A stretch of 64,000 nucleotides of DNA from Histomonas meleagridis 2922-C6/04-290x. Lineage: Eukaryota; Protista; Parabasalia. Made by a program: the position numbers and the translations under genes. Positions 59,952 through 64,000 of the stretch are shown in pieces. The stretch's first letter is position 1. Each line of letters opens with the position of its first letter. The notes under the pieces were generated by a model. The model worked only from the letters and a program-made list of their open reading frames with translations, did no database searches and was not told the DNA's origin. The DNA lies in the NCBI GenBank assembly GCA_020184695.1, contig JAANOX010000126.1:372001-436000 (forward strand), in the 5' to 3' direction.

Positions 59952-62900
59952 TTAATTATGTTCTTCTTCTTCTTCACTATTTTCATCATCATTATCATTA
60001 TGTTGTTCTTCCTCTTCTTCATCACTTTGTTCTTCCTCCTCATTATCATTGTGCTGTTCCTCCTCTTTATGTTGTTCTATTTCTTCTTCATGTTCCTCTT
60101 CCTCTTTATGTTGTTCTTCCTCGTCTTCACTCTGTTCTTCTTCTTCTTCTTCGTCATCATTTTGTATTTCTTCTTCTTCTTCCATTTCTCTTCTCTTTCG
60201 AATTTCATCATTTTCTTCTTCTTCGTCATCATTTTGTATTTCTTCTTCTTCTTCTTCCATTTCTTTTCTCTTTCGAATTTCGTCATTTTCTTCTTCTTCG
60301 GATTCTGATTCATTTTCTTCTTCTTCTTCTTCTTCCATTTTTCTTCTCTTTCGAATTTCGTCACTTTCTTCTTCTTCTTCTATTTCTTTTCTCTTTTTAA
60401 TTTCATCATTTTCTTCTTCGTCTTCATCTTCATCATCGAAGAATGGATCTAAAACTTCGAAATCAGAGCCCAAATTTTCGAGTTTTTCGAATAACTCTTC
60501 TTCGTTCCTAAATATCATATTCGGCTCTAACGTCAGTGGTTGATTCGGGAATCGCTCGACGATGTCTTTCCATTCAGGCGAAGCTCTGAATCCGTTTCTA
60601 TTCCCAAATACAATTAATGCGCTTCTTGCGCGTGATAAAAGCACAGTAATTCGCCGTTGATCACAAAGCCAAGCAGAAGGCTTTTGTGATACGAGAGAAA
60701 CAATGATTATTTGATTTTGTAAACCTTGAAACTCATCAACAGTGAAAACATTTAAATTTGAAATTTGATCTTTAAACATTTCTTTTTGTTTTTTATAAGG
60801 TGTTATTATTGATATTAAATTTGGTTTAATATGAAACTTCAAAAGAAGTTTATAAAAGTTAATAATGAAATTAATTTCATTCATATTAACTTCATTATTA
60901 TAATCATTAATAACATTAACCCATTGTACATAAAATCTTCCAAAAATCGGAAACTTCATTTGACCGAATTTTATGTCTTTAAGCGGAGGATTATATCTAC
61001 TACGATATAAATCAGCAATAGCTCTCCGTGATCGACCTTGTTCATTAAGTATAATTGGTTTGATACCAATTCGTTGTATTCGTTCGAATAAAGATTGTTG
61101 GAATTTACCAATGATTTTTACGTCATTATAAGTTATTACAGGTGTCATTTGCTTTTGATCACCAATCATTATAAATCTTTCAGGCGTTAACATTAAGAAT
61201 GGTATCATTTCAGTTTCAGAAATTCGTGCGGATTCTTCAATAATTATTGTGGTAATATTTAAATTTTTTAATATTTCAATGTTATTAATGACTGATGAAA
61301 TTGTACATCCAATGATTTCCGATTGTAACATAAAGAATTCTTTGATTGTAGATTTCCTTTGTATTAAAAAATTCAAGATATTATATAATGTCACATCATA
61401 ATTATGAATATTTTGTAATATTTCTTTATCAATCATCGAATTAATTTCATCTAAAATTAAAATTACATTTTCAAATGTAACTTTAGTTATTAAATGTTTT
61501 AATTCTTGTAATGTTTCATCATAATATTGAATTCGATTTATTAATATATTAATCGTTTTAATTAATGCCATTAATTTACCTTCAAATGTAAATGATTTCG
61601 ATTTGTTTAATTTAGTTTCATGACCAATCCGAAATATATCAACAGATGGATGATTAGGAAATAATGAAACTAAAATATTATCAAGTGATGCATTCGAATG
61701 TGAACATATTAAAATTCGATTATTATTCTTCCAATGTTTCGGATCTTTCTTCCATGGAATATTTTCATATAATAATCTCGTGATAGCAAATAATGTTTCT
61801 GTTTTACCTGTTCCTGGTGGACCAACAATTAAAGTGAAAGGTAAAAAACATGATGAAAGTACAGCACTTTGTTGTTGCATATTAAGTTTAACATTTTCTC
61901 GTAAAAATTTCTCATTTTTATATTGTTGAGGACCGAATTTTATTTTTATTTCTATAGGTTTAATTTTAGGATATTTAATAATAATTTTGTTGTTAGTTTG
62001 ATCAAAGTTTATTGATGATTCATTCGAATAAAAATTTGTTATTTCATTTATATTGTTTATCGCATTAAGAACTTCATCAGATGTTAAAAATAAATCACGA
62101 AAATCAATTTGTGATAATAAATAATAAGGATTCATTGATTTTTGTGCTTCATTTAATGACTTAATTTTCGACGTTTGTCTTCCTAAAAATATACATGAAA
62201 TTGGCGTTTTAGGAATACCTTTTTTCACATTTGATATATTTATAATCGAATTTAATAATGTATAATTGGAAGAAGTTTCTTTTTTAATTATATATATATA
62301 ATTATAATTCGATTTATCAAATGTATTTCCATATTTATATAACGCAGTAAATATTTTTTGTTGTTTATTAAAATCAATATCAATGATATTAGCGAAACAA
62401 AAATTAGTTAAATTATATAAATTATTTAAATCGATATTTAAAAAAACTATTAAATCATTTTGCATTATATTTTTATTATATATTTCAAGTGAAAATTTTA
62501 AATGTTCAATATCATTATATAAATAAGAAGAAGCTATAGGTATTAAATTTTTAAGTTTTGTTTTATCATGAATTAATATTAATTCATCGCGTATTGATAT
62601 CCATAAGTTATACGCGAGATTTGATTTATATAATATGAAAATATCAGTGAAATATTGATCAAAAGTTTGATATTGTAAACACATCGATGGAAGATATAAA
62701 TTCGAGGAAAACAAATCAATAATAAATTCCTTATCAAAATATGATGAATTTAATCCAAGAAATTTACTAAATTCTGGTGTTGCACATGGATTATTAATGT
62801 CATTATTCGAATAACTCGAAATATTGGCTTGAATTCGTAATAAATAACTTCGAAACTTTCGTTCATATGGTTGAATGTATGTGAATATTGTCGATATTAG

Positions 62901-63797
62901 TTCATGGAAATATTGCGTATCAAAAATTCGAAGTGTTAAAAATATGCATAATGGAAATGACTTACCAAATATGGCTGTAACACATGAAGTCAATCCAAGA
63001 ATTCGAAAAATGTAATTTTTGAATAGTTGATGCAAAATAACCGTTTTTTCTTGTTGTTTTTTAAATTCTTTGATGATGTCAACTGAATGAAGAAGTAAAT
63101 CACTAACAAAATGCCCTTTATCTTTTGATTGCTCAATTTGTTTGGAAAAATTTGCAATATGAGGTGAATAATTAATATAGTTGGTGAGAATGTTAAATCC
63201 AAAAAGATTAATAATTCTTCCAACTTCAGGTTGATCGTAAAATCCAAAACAAAGTTCATAAAAACGAAATACATTTGACTCAAAATCAAGATGAATTGAT
63301 AAGGGATATTTCTTACCATAAGAAAGTTCTATGTGTTTTTGAATTAAGTTGAAGTTTAGCTTCATTGTTTTAGGTGATTTTTCATAAAATTCAAAATCAT
63401 AAATAATTAGAATCAATGATAAAATTACAAAAATCGCATGAATTTCATCAGGTTGCGAATGACATTCAAGCATTGGTAAAATAAAATTCTCTAAAAGTTG
63501 ATAATTTTTAAACATTTTTAATGATTGGTTATATATATATGATGAATTTTGTTGTAAATTTGATATATTTAATTCAACTAGTTCATCAACTATGATTGGT
63601 TGGTGGTAAGAGTTTGCTAAGCGAATAATTTTATCACTATAATTTGATTCTAATTGATCTTGTTTTTGTATGAAATAATTAAAAAATTCGACTCCATTAA
63701 TTGATGATTGTTGATATAGTAAAACCCCTATCTTTATCTTATCTGATTCTGTGAGTTGTGTTTCGGACTTTGTTATTTCGTTCAGAAGTCCCTCCAT
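59952..63797 (-). CDS. AQR: Aquarius-like (intron-binding protein) SF1/Upf1-like RNA helicase
   Basis: IVGPPGTGKT, RILICSHSNASLD, IIEESARISETE, IGDQKQMTPVI, QSLFERIQRIG..LNEQGRSRRAIADLYRSRY (cf. AQR QSLFTR..LDAQGRAR.SL..LY.WRY), TVDEFQGLQN, RRITVLLSRAR. Confidence 0.8.
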   Translation of the reverse strand: MEGLLNEITKSETQLTESDKIKIGVLLYQQSSINGVEFFNYFIQKQDQLESNYSDKIIRLANSYHQPIIVDELVELNISNLQQNSSYIYNQSLKMFKNYQLLENFILPMLECHSQPDEIHAIFVILSLILIIYDFEFYEKSPKTMKLNFNLIQKHIELSYGKKYPLSIHLDFESNVFRFYELCFGFYDQPEVGRIINLFGFNILTNYINYSPHIANFSKQIEQSKDKGHFVSDLLLHSVDIIKEFKKQQEKTVILHQLFKNYIFRILGLTSCVTAIFGKSFPLCIFLTLRIFDTQYFHELISTIFTYIQPYERKFRSYLLRIQANISSYSNNDINNPCATPEFSKFLGLNSSYFDKEFIIDLFSSNLYLPSMCLQYQTFDQYFTDIFILYKSNLAYNLWISIRDELILIHDKTKLKNLIPIASSYLYNDIEHLKFSLEIYNKNIMQNDLIVFLNIDLNNLYNLTNFCFANIIDIDFNKQQKIFTALYKYGNTFDKSNYNYIYIIKKETSSNYTLLNSIINISNVKKGIPKTPISCIFLGRQTSKIKSLNEAQKSMNPYYLLSQIDFRDLFLTSDEVLNAINNINEITNFYSNESSINFDQTNNKIIIKYPKIKPIEIKIKFGPQQYKNEKFLRENVKLNMQQQSAVLSSCFLPFTLIVGPPGTGKTETLFAITRLLYENIPWKKDPKHWKNNNRILICSHSNASLDNILVSLFPNHPSVDIFRIGHETKLNKSKSFTFEGKLMALIKTINILINRIQYYDETLQELKHLITKVTFENVILILDEINSMIDKEILQNIHNYDVTLYNILNFLIQRKSTIKEFFMLQSEIIGCTISSVINNIEILKNLNITTIIIEESARISETEMIPFLMLTPERFIMIGDQKQMTPVITYNDVKIIGKFQQSLFERIQRIGIKPIILNEQGRSRRAIADLYRSRYNPPLKDIKFGQMKFPIFGRFYVQWVNVINDYNNEVNMNEINFIINFYKLLLKFHIKPNLISIITPYKKQKEMFKDQISNLNVFTVDEFQGLQNQIIIVSLVSQKPSAWLCDQRRITVLLSRARSALIVFGNRNGFRASPEWKDIVERFPNQPLTLEPNMIFRNEEELFEKLENLGSDFEVLDPFFDDEDEDEEENDEIKKRKEIEEEEESDEIRKRRKMEEEEEEENESESEEEENDEIRKRKEMEEEEEEIQNDDEEEENDEIRKRREMEEEEEIQNDDEEEEEEQSEDEEEQHKEEEEHEEEIEQHKEEEQHNDNEEEEQSDEEEEEQHNDNDDENSEEEEEHN
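59960..60440 (-). repeat. Acidic low-complexity repeat tail (EEEENDEIRKRKEM / EEEQH)
   Basis: TTC/CTT-rich repeats on the + strand encoding poly-Glu blocks with KRK inserts. Confidence 0.9.
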
Positions 63798-64000
63798 TTA
63801 GGAGCTTGACCGTTTATTTATTCCTCAAATAAATTTCTTAATAATTATCATTTTAAATCAATCGGATCTATATAAATGCACACATTCTTGTCTAACAGAT
63901 TCCTTTAATTGTTGTTTTATTGTTAACAGGATATTTATTGCCAAAAACCTTCTCTATCCAATTAGACGTTCTTAAAAATATAGGTACTAGTACCAAAGCA

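Noticed and set aside
59934-60543. ORFs 59934-60308, 60049-60543 and 60077-60364
   Set aside because: Antisense or off-frame shadows of the Glu-rich repeat of the helicase.

Overview
AT-rich eukaryotic window, most consistent with a parabasalid (Tritrichomonas/Trichomonas-like): BspA-like LRR, DUF3447-ankyrin and NlpC/P60 genes, mostly intronless housekeeping genes, and pseudogene debris. Main result: three separate ankyrin-repeat genes (18623-21156, 32968-35560, about 52174-53690, all minus strand) are interrupted at every repeat hairpin by an almost invariant 77-nt AT-rich block with a 170-nt period. Each block resolves into four 17-nt spacers separating three single codons (3-nt micro-exons). 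Removing the spacers restores the ankyrin hairpin D/N-x-x-G-x-T-A-L in frame. The spacers lack GT-AG ends, and one repeat has precisely lost one spacer. This suggests an unrecognised micro-intron or excision system, pending RNA or protein evidence. Second result: a decayed RLE-type non-LTR retrotransposon whose 3' end abuts a tRNA T-loop, bracketed by a diverged ~230-bp repeat next to an intact tRNA-Ile(GAT), with two nested DNA transposons.
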